Positions 30,674 through 41,361 of a stretch of 64,000 nucleotides of DNA are shown piece by piece (the first letter of the stretch is position 1; the number at the start of each line of letters is the position of its first letter). The notes beneath the pieces were generated by a model, which saw nothing but the letters and a program-made list of their open reading frames with translations, ran no database searches and had not been told where the DNA came from. The DNA comes from Pontimonas sp. GTDB lineage: Bacteria; Actinomycetota; Actinomycetes; Actinomycetales; Microbacteriaceae. Where the stretch lies: positions 2,525 to 66,524 of the forward strand of contig JBMSHQ010000001.1 of the NCBI GenBank assembly GCA_049416945.1. The letters run 5' to 3'. Position numbers and translations under genes: made by a program.

Positions 30674-31222
30674 ATGGACGAGACACGAATCAGCGCGGGG
30701 GAGTACCCCGGAGAATTGCTGTTCACCGATGGGCTTCCCGAGCTCGATGACGAGCACGGTTACCGAGGCCACGTGGCTGCCGGCGCTGCAGGCATCAGCT
30801 ACCGCCAACTGGACTACTGGGCCCGCACCGGCCTGGTCGAGCCCACTGTGCGCACCGCGTCCGGGTCGGGTAGCCAGCGTCTCTATGGGTTCCGCGACAT
30901 TCTTGTTCTGAAATTGGTCAAGCGACTTCTTGACACCGGAATTTCGCTTCAGCAGATTCGCGTCGCAGTCGAACAGTTGCGCTCAAGTGGTGTCAGTGAT
31001 CTCGCTCAGACCACGCTGATGAGCGACGGAGCGAGCGTGTATTTGTGCACGTCCAACGATGAGGTCATCGACTTGGTCTCCCGCGGACAAGGAGTATTTG
31101 GTATCGCCGTAGGCAAGGTGCTGCGCGAGGTGGAATCGACTCTGGTCAGCGCTGAAACCGTGGATGCCACGGTGGATCCGCGGGATGAGCTCGCCGCGCG
31201 CCGCAACCAGCGCGCGAGCTAG
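30674..31222 (+). CDS. MerR-family regulator (Rv1830-like)
   Basis: GISYRQLDYWARTGLV, GSGSQRLY, EVIDLVSRGQGVFGIA, DELAARR. Confidence 0.88.
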   Translation: MDETRISAGEYPGELLFTDGLPELDDEHGYRGHVAAGAAGISYRQLDYWARTGLVEPTVRTASGSGSQRLYGFRDILVLKLVKRLLDTGISLQQIRVAVEQLRSSGVSDLAQTTLMSDGASVYLCTSNDEVIDLVSRGQGVFGIAVGKVLREVESTLVSAETVDATVDPRDELAARRNQRAS

Positions 31223-32010
31223 GCAGCAGCCGAAAGGTTCGACTGAATTCGCTGCAGGAGCGAACTGAACGTCCTTGCGGCTTCTTCTGCGCTTTCCCCC
31301 GGCCACAGGTGAATCGGTGTTGCAGAGCCCTGAGCTTGCTGCAGGACCACCCGCTCCGTCATTGCGGGTTCCATCACCGCCGAGCCAAACATCTGACGCA
31401 TCTCATCAATACGGAACTGGTGCTCCACCGATTGCGGGCGCACCCGATTGACGATCACACCCAGAGGCTGCAAGCGAGGAGACACGACGCGGCGGAGCTC
31501 CTCGACCGCCCGGAAAGCGCGCTGGGTCGCAGCGACAGAGAACAAACTCGGTTCGGTAATCACCACAACCCCGTCGCTCGCTGTCCACGCCATCCGAGTG
31601 AGCCCGTTGAGCGAGGGCGGGCAGTCAATCAACACGATGTCGTATTCAGACTCGACAGCAGCCAACGCCTCTTCGATACGCCAGATTTCTCGTTTGGTGA
31701 GAAGGGGAGTGTCAAACTGCATTGAGGCGGGAGAGCCCAGGAGCAGATCGACCTGGCCAGAGTGGTTCTTCGTCCAGCCACTGGGCACAATGGCCTGTCT
31801 CACTTGCTGAGGGCGGGGGTTTTGCAGGACATGGGCAAGGCTTAGGTGGTTTCCCACCACGACGTCCATTCCGGTCGAGGCGTCTGATTGGGGGTCAACG
31901 TCAATCACCAGGGTGCGAAGCCCCTTAGCGAAAGCTGCAGATGCCAATCCGAGGGTTACTGTCGTCTTCCCGACGCCGCCCTTGAGCGAACTGACACTGA
32001 CCACGCGCAT
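31219..32010 (-). CDS. Orphan ParA/Soj family ATPase
   Basis: KGGVGKTT, DVDPQ, IDCPPSL; alternative start 32022. Confidence 0.88.
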   Translation of the reverse strand: MRVVSVSSLKGGVGKTTVTLGLASAAFAKGLRTLVIDVDPQSDASTGMDVVVGNHLSLAHVLQNPRPQQVRQAIVPSGWTKNHSGQVDLLLGSPASMQFDTPLLTKREIWRIEEALAAVESEYDIVLIDCPPSLNGLTRMAWTASDGVVVITEPSLFSVAATQRAFRAVEELRRVVSPRLQPLGVIVNRVRPQSVEHQFRIDEMRQMFGSAVMEPAMTERVVLQQAQGSATPIHLWPGESAEEAARTFSSLLQRIQSNLSAAA

Positions 32011-32094
32011 TTGCTCAAGCATAACCTCACTAGGCTAGAAGCTCACGACCTGGCACGGGGCGCCAGGTGTTGGGGCCATTGGAGGGGGCGTTTC

Positions 32095-35000
32095 GTGTTT
32101 GCCAAAATCCTTGTCGCTAACCGCGGGGAAATCGCTATTCGTGCCTTCCGCGCGGCCTACGAGCTGGGTGCGAAGACGGTCGCGGTGTATCCCCACGAGG
32201 ACCGCAACTCTTTGCACCGGATGAAAGCTGACGAGGCCTATCTGATCGGCGAGAAGGGCCACCCTCTTCGGGCCTACCTCGATGTCGACGAAATCATCCG
32301 TGTGGCCCTTCATGCCGGAGCAGACGCCATTTATCCCGGTTACGGGTTTCTCAGTGAAAACGCTGAGTTGGCGAGAAAAGCCGAAGAAAATGGGATTGCC
32401 TTCATTGGCCCTCCCGTGTCTGCCCTGGAATTTGCCGGAAACAAGGTGACCGCCAAAGACACGGCCCGCGCAGCGGGAGTTCCGGTTCTGGCGTCCAGCG
32501 AAGCCACCACTGACATCGACGCCTTGATTGCTGCTGCCGATGAAATCGGCTTCCCCGTATTTGCCAAAGCTGTCGCCGGCGGTGGCGGCCGGGGCATGAG
32601 GCGGGTTGAGAAGCGGGAGGATTTGCGTGCTGCGCTAGAGGCCGCCATGCGAGAAGCCTCAACGGCGTTTGGTGATGACCGGATGTTCATCGAACAGGCC
32701 GTGGTGAGACCCCGTCACATCGAGGTTCAGATTTTGGCTGACGCCACGGGTGACACGATTCACCTGTTTGAGCGGGACTGTTCGCTTCAACGCCGCCACC
32801 AAAAGGTGATTGAAATTGCCCCGGCGCAAAACCTCGACCCGGCGGTCAGAGAGAAAATGCTCGCCGATGCCGTCGCCTTTGCCCGTTCGGTGGGTTATGT
32901 GAATGCCGGCACGGTCGAATTCCTGCTCGACACCGCCGGACCTCGGGCGGGGGAGCACGTGTTCATCGAAATGAACCCGCGCATTCAAGTCGAGCACACT
33001 GTGACGGAAGAAATCACCGATGTGGATTTGGTCCAGTCGCAAATGCTGATCGCGTCGGGTTCGACACTGAGTGAATTGGGGCTCGCACAGGATTCAATCC
33101 AGGTTCGGGGTGCGGCTCTGCAGTGCCGAATCACCACCGAGGACCCCAGCCAAGATTTCCGCCCCGACACCGGAAAAATCACCACCTACCGCTCACCAGG
33201 TGGAGCGGGGGTGCGTCTCGATGGCGGAACTGTCAACCAGGGCGCCCAGGTCTCGCCCTACTTTGATTCGATGCTCGCGAAAATGACCTGCCGGGGACGT
33301 GACTTCTCCCAAGCGGTGCGTCGGGCTCGCCGGGGCTTGGCGGAGTTTCGGATCAGGGGTGTTCACACCAATATTTCCTTCCTGCAAGCCGTATTAGATG
33401 ACGAGGCGTTCATTGCCGGCGACGTATCGACGTCATTTATCGACGAACGACCCGAGCTAATCGCGCATCGCCCCAGCAAAGACCGGGGAACCAAGCTACT
33501 CACTTGGCTTGCTGACGTCACGGTGAACCAGCCCTACGGTGACGGTTCGGGCCTCGTGCGACCGAGCGTGAAGCTACCCGCATTCGATGCTGAAGCAGCA
33601 GCCCCGGATGGTTCTCGACAGCGCTTAATGGCCGTGGGCCCGGCTCAGTTTGCCCGAGAGCTACGAGAGCAAAAAGCACTCGCCATTACCGATACGAGCT
33701 ACCGTGATGCCCATCAGTCGCTGTTGGCGACGCGGGTGCGGAGTAAAGACCTGGTCGACGTCATGCCTGCTGTGGCGCGGCTTACCCCGCAGCTACTCTC
33801 GGTGGAGGCGTGGGGTGGTGCTACTTACGACGTGGCGCTTCGTTTTCTCGCGGAAGACCCCTGGGAGCGCCTATCGAAGATGCGTGAGGCGCTGCCCAAC
33901 ATTGCGATTCAGATGTTGCTTCGAGGGCGAAACACCGTGGGGTACACCCCCTATCCCACCGAAGTGACGGAAGCGTTTGTGCAAGAAGCGTCCGCGACGG
34001 GTATCGACATTTTCCGCATTTTTGATGCCCTCAACAACGTTGACCAAATGCGCCCCGCAATTGACGCGGTTCTTGCAACGAACACGTCGATTGCCGAGGT
34101 CGCGCTGTGTTACAGCGGAAACCTTCTGGATCCCGCGGAGGACTTGTACACCCTGGACTATTACTTGCGCCTCGCCGAGGACGTGGTGAAAGCGGGTGCC
34201 CACATCATCGCGATCAAGGACATGGCTGGGCTGTTGCGTGCGGAGGCCGCAGAAAAGCTCGTCCTGGCGCTGCGCGAGCGCTTCGACCAGCCCGTGCACC
34301 TGCACACCCACGACACGGCAGGAGGGCAGTTGGCAACCCTTCTCGCTGCCTCTCGGGCGGGCGTTGACGCAGTCGACGCTGCGTCAGCAGCGCTGTCCGG
34401 AACCACAAGCCAACCGTCTCTCTCCGCACTGGTGGCAGCCCTTGAGCACACCGAGCGTGATTCAGGGCTCTCGTTGGATGCGGTGGGATCGCTCGAGCCC
34501 TATTTCGAAGCAGTTCGGTCGATGTATCGCCCCTTCGAATCGGGGTTACCTGCCCCCACCGGTCGGGTGTATCACCACGAAATTCCGGGAGGTCAGCTCT
34601 CAAACCTCCGCCAGCAGGCCATCGCCTTGGGTCTCGCCGACCGGTTTGAGGCAATCGAAGACTGGTATGCCGCGGCCAATCGAATTCTCGGTCGACCCAC
34701 CAAGGTGACTCCCTCGAGCAAGGTGGTCGGTGACCTCGCGCTGCAGATGGCTGCAGCCGATGTTGACCCAGCTGACTTCGAAGCTCACCCCGAGCGCTAC
34801 GACATCCCTGACTCGGTCATCGGATTTATGGCGGGGGAGTTGGGCGACCCACCTGGGGGTTGGCCCGAACCATTCCGTTCCAAAATTATGAGCGGACGTC
34901 CTGCCTTACCGGAGCCTGCGGGGCTAGAAGAGAGCCAACTGGGGACCCTTCGGCAACCCGGCCGAGAGCGTCAAGCTCTGCTCAATGAGCTACTATTCCC

Positions 35001-35502
35001 TGCCCCCACCAAAGAATTCCTTGCTAACCGTGAGCAGTATGGCGATCTCTCCGTCATTGACACACTGGATTACCTCTACGGCCTGCGGGTAGGCGAAGAG
35101 ACCATCGTTTCAGTCGAGGAAGGCGTTGATCTTTACGTCGAACTCGAAGCCATCAGCGACGTCGATGACCGGGGTATGCGCACGGTATTGGCGAGCCTCA
35201 ACGGCCACACCAGGCCCCTTACCGTCCCCGACCGCAGCGTGAGTGTGGATATCCCGACTGCCGAGAAGGCGGACCCCACTCAGCCAGGCCACGTCCAAGC
35301 GCCGTTCGCCGGGGTGACGACGTTGAAAGTCCAGGTCGGCGACTCTGTGGAGGCCGGCGCAGTCGTCGCCACGATTGAAGCGATGAAAATGGAAGCAGCC
35401 ATTACAGCGAATGTCTCCGGTGTCATCGAGCGACTCGCGACCGCACAGACCCAGGCGGTTGAAGCCGGTGACCTGTTGGTGGTCATCGCTGGCTCGGGAT
35501 AG
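32095..35502 (+). CDS. pyc: Pyruvate carboxylase
   Basis: KILVANRGEIA, ERDCSLQRRHQK, RDAHQSLLATR, WGGATYD, biotin motif EAMKME. Confidence 0.97.
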   Translation: MFAKILVANRGEIAIRAFRAAYELGAKTVAVYPHEDRNSLHRMKADEAYLIGEKGHPLRAYLDVDEIIRVALHAGADAIYPGYGFLSENAELARKAEENGIAFIGPPVSALEFAGNKVTAKDTARAAGVPVLASSEATTDIDALIAAADEIGFPVFAKAVAGGGGRGMRRVEKREDLRAALEAAMREASTAFGDDRMFIEQAVVRPRHIEVQILADATGDTIHLFERDCSLQRRHQKVIEIAPAQNLDPAVREKMLADAVAFARSVGYVNAGTVEFLLDTAGPRAGEHVFIEMNPRIQVEHTVTEEITDVDLVQSQMLIASGSTLSELGLAQDSIQVRGAALQCRITTEDPSQDFRPDTGKITTYRSPGGAGVRLDGGTVNQGAQVSPYFDSMLAKMTCRGRDFSQAVRRARRGLAEFRIRGVHTNISFLQAVLDDEAFIAGDVSTSFIDERPELIAHRPSKDRGTKLLTWLADVTVNQPYGDGSGLVRPSVKLPAFDAEAAAPDGSRQRLMAVGPAQFARELREQKALAITDTSYRDAHQSLLATRVRSKDLVDVMPAVARLTPQLLSVEAWGGATYDVALRFLAEDPWERLSKMREALPNIAIQMLLRGRNTVGYTPYPTEVTEAFVQEASATGIDIFRIFDALNNVDQMRPAIDAVLATNTSIAEVALCYSGNLLDPAEDLYTLDYYLRLAEDVVKAGAHIIAIKDMAGLLRAEAAEKLVLALRERFDQPVHLHTHDTAGGQLATLLAASRAGVDAVDAASAALSGTTSQPSLSALVAALEHTERDSGLSLDAVGSLEPYFEAVRSMYRPFESGLPAPTGRVYHHEIPGGQLSNLRQQAIALGLADRFEAIEDWYAAANRILGRPTKVTPSSKVVGDLALQMAAADVDPADFEAHPERYDIPDSVIGFMAGELGDPPGGWPEPFRSKIMSGRPALPEPAGLEESQLGTLRQPGRERQALLNELLFPAPTKEFLANREQYGDLSVIDTLDYLYGLRVGEETIVSVEEGVDLYVELEAISDVDDRGMRTVLASLNGHTRPLTVPDRSVSVDIPTAEKADPTQPGHVQAPFAGVTTLKVQVGDSVEAGAVVATIEAMKMEAAITANVSGVIERLATAQTQAVEAGDLLVVIAGSG

Positions 35503-35578
35503 TCTTCCTTAGCTGCGGTGCGGCGCGTGCGGCGCTAAATCCGGTTTAGTATCTGTCTATGAGTTGGAGTGTGAATGC

Positions 35579-36730
35579 ATGGCCCGTTGGTCTAAAAAGT
35601 CTGCTGAAACCCCAGCGCCCGACGAAGAGCCCCGCGTGAGCGAGAATGACGAGGTCGTTTCGGCGGCTGATTTAGACGACGAGGCAGTCGACCCCACCGC
35701 AATCGAGAGCGATGAGGTTCAGAGTGTCGCGGTGGCCGTTGCCACCGACACCCTCTACCAACGCCGAAGCGAAGGGGTCAGTGAAAGCCCTGAGCCCAGT
35801 GCGATGCTCACCGAAGACCGGCTGTTGGATAAGAAAAAAACGGCCGATGTGCCCCAAGGCTTCTTCCAACGGTTGCTCTACGAACTCTCCTTCCACCTCA
35901 TCAACGTGGGGGACTCCCGAAAGGTCCGCGCCTATAAGGCGATGAGTCGACGAATCGCAACACCTTTTGAAAGTGGGGCGCGGTTTGTTCCTGTTCTCAC
36001 CCGCAAAGGCGGCGTAGGTAAGACCACGGTCACCACGCTGTTGGGTATGGCTCTCGCGGAAGTTCGAGATGACCGAGTGGTGGCAATGGATGCGAACCCT
36101 GACCGTGGAACCCTCGCCGAACGTGTTCCCCGCTCTACTCAGGCGACCGTGCGCGACGTCGTGAAATTGGCCGCCGGTATCCACGGCTTCACCGATTTTG
36201 TGGAGCTCGTGTCAAAAGACAAGACCCGCCTGCATGTTCTTGCCTCTGACACCGACCCGCTTCTTTCGGAAGCGTTCGACGAGGACGACTACAACGTGGT
36301 GGCTGATCAAGCAGCTCGCTTCTACTCGATTGTCCTCACCGACTGTGGAACGGGCGTTGTCCACTCGGTGATGAAGCCGACCTTGGAGCGGGCGAACGGT
36401 CTTGTGATTGTCTCTGGTGGCAGCATCGACGAAGCTCGTTTGGCGTCTGAGACCTTGACCTGGTTGGAAGCAAATGGCTGGGCGGACTTGGTGAAGAACG
36501 CGGTCGTGGCGCTGAACACCGCCACCCAAGGCACCAACGTGGTCAAGCTCGACGAGATCGAGGAACACTTCCTCTCTCGTGTGCGCGACGTGGTGAGAAT
36601 TCCCTACGACCCCATGTTGGCAGCGGGTTCGGTCATTGAGTGGGACAAACTCAGCCCACTGACCCGTGAATCCGTGAGAGAGCTCGCTGCTCTCGTCGTG
36701 GAGGGGATTGCCGAGAGCACCGAGGCCTAG
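35579..36730 (+). CDS. MinD/ParA-like ATPase with acidic N-terminal extension
   Basis: RKGGVGKTT, DANPDRGTL, LTDCGTG, IPYDPML. Confidence 0.85.
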   Translation: MARWSKKSAETPAPDEEPRVSENDEVVSAADLDDEAVDPTAIESDEVQSVAVAVATDTLYQRRSEGVSESPEPSAMLTEDRLLDKKKTADVPQGFFQRLLYELSFHLINVGDSRKVRAYKAMSRRIATPFESGARFVPVLTRKGGVGKTTVTTLLGMALAEVRDDRVVAMDANPDRGTLAERVPRSTQATVRDVVKLAAGIHGFTDFVELVSKDKTRLHVLASDTDPLLSEAFDEDDYNVVADQAARFYSIVLTDCGTGVVHSVMKPTLERANGLVIVSGGSIDEARLASETLTWLEANGWADLVKNAVVALNTATQGTNVVKLDEIEEHFLSRVRDVVRIPYDPMLAAGSVIEWDKLSPLTRESVRELAALVVEGIAESTEA

Positions 36731-36733
36731 GGC

Positions 36734-37234
36734 ATGTCGGTTCGCCCGATTCGTTTCTTCGGAGACCCCATCTTGCGAAGCCCGTGTGACCTGGTAGAAC
36801 CATCGAGTGAGCGGGCGAAGCTCTTGGTAGACGACTTAATTGACACGGTGAAAGAGCCCGGTCGTGCGGGTGTGGCGGCTAACCAAATCGGCGTGGGATT
36901 GCGCGCGTTTAGTTACAACGTTGACGGTGAGGTCGGCTACGTCCTGAACCCCGTGCTCGAATCAGTAGACGGCGAGCCAGAACTTGTTGACGAAGGGTGT
37001 CTCTCTGTTCCGGGCTTGAGTTATCCGCGCCGGCGCTATCCACGCGCCACGGTAAGAGGGGTTCTTCTCGATGGTTCGGAAGTCACCCTGAGCGGAGAGG
37101 GGTTGATGGCACAAGCTCTTCAGCACGAATGTGATCACTTAGATGGCCACCTCTATATCGAGGGTCTCGAACCCGACACTAAGCGCGAGGCGATGGCCGC
37201 GATTCGCGAATCAGAGTGGTTTCAGCGCCCCTAA
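36734..37234 (+). CDS. def: Peptide deformylase
   Basis: [22 protein letters not shown]. Confidence 0.95.
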   Translation: MSVRPIRFFGDPILRSPCDLVEPSSERAKLLVDDLIDTVKEPGRAGVAANQIGVGLRAFSYNVDGEVGYVLNPVLESVDGEPELVDEGCLSVPGLSYPRRRYPRATVRGVLLDGSEVTLSGEGLMAQALQHECDHLDGHLYIEGLEPDTKREAMAAIRESEWFQRP

Positions 37235-39061
37235 TCACACCACGGTGGTGATGGGTTCCGTGCCCGCCCCGGCGTAGAGGGCCTCAATTTCTGCAGCGAA
37301 GTCATTCAGAATCACCTGACGCTTGATGCTCATTTTCGGAGTGAGATGTCCGGTGGCTTCGGTGAGTTCGACCGGCAGGATGTGAAACTTTCGAATCGAT
37401 TCTGCCCGCGACACTCTCTCGTTTGCCGCATCAATGGCGCGTTGCACCTCTTCCAGCACCACTGGGTGCCGCGCAGCTTCAGAGAGTGAGAGAGTCGCTT
37501 CCACGCCGTTATTTCCCAGCCAGGTGGGCAACATTTCGGCATCGAGGGTAATCAGGGCTGAGACGAAGGGCTTCTTGTCACCTGCGACCACCACCTGAGA
37601 GATGATGGGGTTCGCTCGTATCGGGTCTTCCAATTGGGCGGGGGCCACATTCTTACCTCCCGCGGTGACGATGATTTCCTTTTTTCGCCCCACGATGCTG
37701 ACATAGCCCTCATCGTCGATGGAGCCGAGATCTCCGGTACGGAACCAGCCATCGTCGGTGAATGCCTCAGCGGTCGCTTCTGGGTTGTTCCAATACCCCT
37801 CGAACACGTTGATTCCTGTGACCTGAACTTCGCCATCTTCCGCGATGCGAAGCCCCACTCCGGGGAGGGGCGGGCCCACCGTTCCGATTTTGAATTTGTC
37901 CACCAGGTTGATGGTGGCCGGCGCTGTGGTTTCTGTCAGTCCGTATCCTTCCAAAATGCGGATGCCCATCGATCGGTAGAAGTGCCCCAGCCTGGGGCTT
38001 AGCGGGGCGGAACCGCTCACCGCGTACTCCACGCGTCCACCCATGGCACTTCTCAGTTTGCTCAGCACCAGCCGATCAAACACAGCAAACTTCGCTCGGA
38101 GAGCAAACGGAACGTGCCCGCGGTCAAGCGCTTGAGAGTAGGCCACAGCGGTCTGTGCCGCCTTGCGGAAAATGGCCCCTTTTCCACCGGACTCGGCCTT
38201 CTGCTCTGCTGAGTTGTAGACCTTCTCAAAAACCCGGGGGACGGCAAGCAAGAAAGTGGGTTTGAAAGAGCCAAGTGATGGAAGAAGCTGCTTGGTGTCA
38301 GCTTGGTGCCCGATTTTCACACCACCAGACACGGCGAGCACGGAAATATAGCGGGCAAAAATGTGCGCGGTGGTGATGAAGAGGAGAGTGGACGAGCGCG
38401 TATTGACGACGTCGCTCATCGCGACTTGAGCGTTACGCACCAGCTCCACAAAGTTTGAATGAGTCAAGACGCAGCCTTTGGGCATCCCCGTCGACCCTGA
38501 GGTGTAAATCAACGTGGCGATGTCTGAACCCACCGCGTGGCGGCGGCGCTTTTCCAAATCCGCGTCGCTCACGGCAGTCCCTGATTGAGAGAGTTTGTCC
38601 AAATCACCCAGGTCGACTTTCCACACCTGGCGGATGCGAGGCAGTTCACTGCGTACTTCGTCAAACCGGGTGAAGTGTTCAGCGGTTTCGACAATCAACC
38701 ACGTGGCTTCCGAGTTGTCCAAGGTGTACTGAATTTGGGCGGGGGCGCTGGTTTCATAAATGGGCACCAGGATGGCTCCCGCGAACCAGGCCGCGAAATC
38801 CACGAGTGTCCATTCGTATCGGGTCTTGCACATAAACCCAATGCGGTCGCCGGGCCCTACCCCAGCATCCATCAGTCCCTTGGCGAGAGCGACGACTTCG
38901 TTGTAAAACTGGCGGACTGTCTTCGTGCTCCAGCCGCCCTCGCCGTTGGGCAGGGCGAAGAGTTCGAGCTCGGGTGTGAGTCGGAGCCTGTCGAGGAGCA
39001 GGTCGGTGGTGTTTGCATCGGGATCGGCAGGGACCACCGCGGGGACGTGTATCTCGCGCAC
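37235..39061 (-). CDS. Long-chain fatty acid-CoA ligase (FadD15-like)
   Basis: YTSGSTGMPKG, EGYGLTET, WFRTGDLG, GRKKEIIVTAGGKNV; RBS AAGGAG before GTG. Confidence 0.9.
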   Translation of the reverse strand: MREIHVPAVVPADPDANTTDLLLDRLRLTPELELFALPNGEGGWSTKTVRQFYNEVVALAKGLMDAGVGPGDRIGFMCKTRYEWTLVDFAAWFAGAILVPIYETSAPAQIQYTLDNSEATWLIVETAEHFTRFDEVRSELPRIRQVWKVDLGDLDKLSQSGTAVSDADLEKRRRHAVGSDIATLIYTSGSTGMPKGCVLTHSNFVELVRNAQVAMSDVVNTRSSTLLFITTAHIFARYISVLAVSGGVKIGHQADTKQLLPSLGSFKPTFLLAVPRVFEKVYNSAEQKAESGGKGAIFRKAAQTAVAYSQALDRGHVPFALRAKFAVFDRLVLSKLRSAMGGRVEYAVSGSAPLSPRLGHFYRSMGIRILEGYGLTETTAPATINLVDKFKIGTVGPPLPGVGLRIAEDGEVQVTGINVFEGYWNNPEATAEAFTDDGWFRTGDLGSIDDEGYVSIVGRKKEIIVTAGGKNVAPAQLEDPIRANPIISQVVVAGDKKPFVSALITLDAEMLPTWLGNNGVEATLSLSEAARHPVVLEEVQRAIDAANERVSRAESIRKFHILPVELTEATGHLTPKMSIKRQVILNDFAAEIEALYAGAGTEPITTVV

Positions 39062-39205
39062 GCTTACTCCTTTGTGAGCGTCCAACAATTTTGTTCACCC
39101 TACTGGCATTTGGTGCCTCTTCGGGTCCCATCCTTGTAGGCCATCGACTATTCGACACTCCCCAGGGGTATTGGAGCCGTTAGCCTTGTCCCCGGAGGTC
39201 GACAC

Positions 39206-39898
39206 GTGTCTTTCTTTTACTGGTGGCTCAAAAACGGGGTTCTCGGACCCATCATGGCCACGGTGTTTCGCCCCAGGATCACCGGCCTAGAACACGTTCC
39301 GCGCGAAGGGGCGGCGATTATTGTCTGTAACCACCTGTCTTTTGTCGACAGTATTTTTCTTCCACTCGCCATTCCCCGGCAGATGACCTTCCTGGCAAAA
39401 AGCGACTATTTCACAGGTCGCGGCATCCGAGGCGCCATCGTGAAATGGTTCATGACCTCAGCGGGACAGCTCCCCATTGACCGTAGCGGCGGGAAAGCCT
39501 CTGAAGCGTCGCTCAACACCGGGCTGGCGGTGCTAGCGGAGGGACGGGTGTTGGGTATATATCCCGAAGGCACCCGCTCGCCCGATGGTCGGATGTATCG
39601 GGGCCGCACCGGGGTGGCGCGAATGGTGCTCGAAGCCCACGTGCCTGTCATCCCGGTGGCGGTTCGCGGAACAGACGATGTGATGCCGCTTGGGGCGAAA
39701 CTCCCCAAAGTGAAGAAAGTCAGTGTGACCGTTGGTGAACCGATGGACTTTTCCCGATTCGAGGGCATGGAGGGCGACCGGTTTGTGCTTCGTGCGATTA
39801 CCGACGAGATCATTTACCGGATGAACGAACTGAGCGGTCAAGAGTATGTCGACGTGTACGCCTCGACCGTTCGCAACCAACCCGTAGCGGCGAACTAG
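39206..39898 (+). CDS. plsC: 1-acyl-sn-glycerol-3-phosphate acyltransferase
   Basis: NHLSFVD, FLAK, YPEGTRS. Confidence 0.9.
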   Translation: MSFFYWWLKNGVLGPIMATVFRPRITGLEHVPREGAAIIVCNHLSFVDSIFLPLAIPRQMTFLAKSDYFTGRGIRGAIVKWFMTSAGQLPIDRSGGKASEASLNTGLAVLAEGRVLGIYPEGTRSPDGRMYRGRTGVARMVLEAHVPVIPVAVRGTDDVMPLGAKLPKVKKVSVTVGEPMDFSRFEGMEGDRFVLRAITDEIIYRMNELSGQEYVDVYASTVRNQPVAAN

Positions 39899-39969
39899 CT
39901 GATTCGGGGCCTGCCGGGGTTCGGTAGGCTAAGCAGGCTGTCTGAAAGCGCGTGACCACACGGAGAATA

Positions 39970-41361
39970 ATGAACGTCCCCACCATGCTTGACCCCACTG
40001 AAGCGAGCGTCGAACCGCAACCCGGCGTAGTGGAAGGGCTCGACCACTGGCGGACTCTTCCCATCAAACAGCAACCCTCGTGGCCGGACGCCACTCAGGC
40101 AGAGTCGGTCTTCCAACAGCTCCTTCGGGTTCCGCCTCTGGTCTTTGCCGGAGAGGTCGACCAGCTGCGCCTCAAATTGGCAGAGGTTGCGCACGGACGG
40201 GCCTTCCTTCTTCAGGGCGGAGATTGTGCGGAAACGTTTGCGGGGGCGACCGCGGATCAAATCCGTAACCGGGTCAAGACCATTCTCCAGATGGCTGTTG
40301 TTCTCACCTACGGGGCCTCACTGCCCATCGTCAAGATGGGACGGATGGCGGGACAGTTCGCAAAGCCCCGCTCGAGCGACGAAGAAACCCGCGATGGTGT
40401 GACGCTTCCCGCCTACCGTGGCGACATTGTCAATGGCTACGAGTTCACCGCTGAGTCACGTGCTCACAACCCCGAGAGAATGCTCGAGGGATACCACACC
40501 GCTGCCTCGACGTTGAACCTGATTCGCGCTTTTACTCAGGGTGGTTTTGCTGACCTTCGAATGGTGCACAGCTGGAATAAGGGGTTTGCGAAGAATCCTG
40601 CCAACCACCGCTACGAGGGGCTTGCGAGGGAAATCGATCGTGCGGTGCGCTTTATGGAAGCGGCCGGGGCAAACTTCGACGAGTTGAAGCGGGTTGACTT
40701 CTTCGCCTCTCACGAAGGCCTTTTGATGGACTACGAGCGAGCGATGACCCGCCTCGACTCCCGAACCGGGCTGCCCTATGACACCTCGGCCCACTTCTTG
40801 TGGATTGGTGAGCGCACCCGCGACCTCGATGGGGCGCACGTGGACTTCTTCTCGCGTGTTCAAAACCCGATCGGGGTGAAGCTGGGTCCCAGTACAAGTG
40901 TTGAGGACATGAATAAGTTGATTGACGTGCTCGACCCGGAAAGGACTCCCGGTCGTCTCACGTTCATCACTCGGATGGGTGCAGGCAAGATTCGAGACGT
41001 CTTGCCAGGGCTACTTGAAGCGGTGAAGAGCTCGGAGGCGACACCGATTTGGGTGACGGACCCCATGCACGGCAATGGCATCACCACCCAAACCGGATAC
41101 AAGACGCGCCGGTTTGACGACGTGGTGGACGAAGTGAAGGGTTTCTTTGAGGCCCATCGCGCTGTCGGTACCCACCCTGGCGGTATCCACGTGGAACTCA
41201 CCGGCGACGACGTCACCGAGTGCTTGGGTGGCACCCAACAAATCGACGAACTCGGTTTGGAAACCCGCTACGAATCCCTGTGTGATCCGAGGCTGAACCA
41301 CCAGCAATCGCTGGAATTGGCGTTCTTGGTTGCCGAGGAATTGGCGGGGGCTAGCGCCTAG
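39970..41361 (+). CDS. Class II DAHP synthase
   Basis: LQGGDCAE, RMAGQFAKPRS, WIGERTR, DPMHGN, CDPRLN. Confidence 0.95.
   Translation: MNVPTMLDPTEASVEPQPGVVEGLDHWRTLPIKQQPSWPDATQAESVFQQLLRVPPLVFAGEVDQLRLKLAEVAHGRAFLLQGGDCAETFAGATADQIRNRVKTILQMAVVLTYGASLPIVKMGRMAGQFAKPRSSDEETRDGVTLPAYRGDIVNGYEFTAESRAHNPERMLEGYHTAASTLNLIRAFTQGGFADLRMVHSWNKGFAKNPANHRYEGLAREIDRAVRFMEAAGANFDELKRVDFFASHEGLLMDYERAMTRLDSRTGLPYDTSAHFLWIGERTRDLDGAHVDFFSRVQNPIGVKLGPSTSVEDMNKLIDVLDPERTPGRLTFITRMGAGKIRDVLPGLLEAVKSSEATPIWVTDPMHGNGITTQTGYKTRRFDDVVDEVKGFFEAHRAVGTHPGGIHVELTGDDVTECLGGTQQIDELGLETRYESLCDPRLNHQQSLELAFLVAEELAGASA

Noticed and set aside
31888-32094. N-terminal extension of pyruvate carboxylase
   Set aside because: Overlaps parA on the other strand; homology starts at GTG 32095 after an RBS.
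31219-36730. Two ParA/MinD ATPases as a plasmid or prophage partition system
   Set aside because: No parB, rep, integrase or parS-like array; both resemble chromosomal orphan ATPases flanking pyc.
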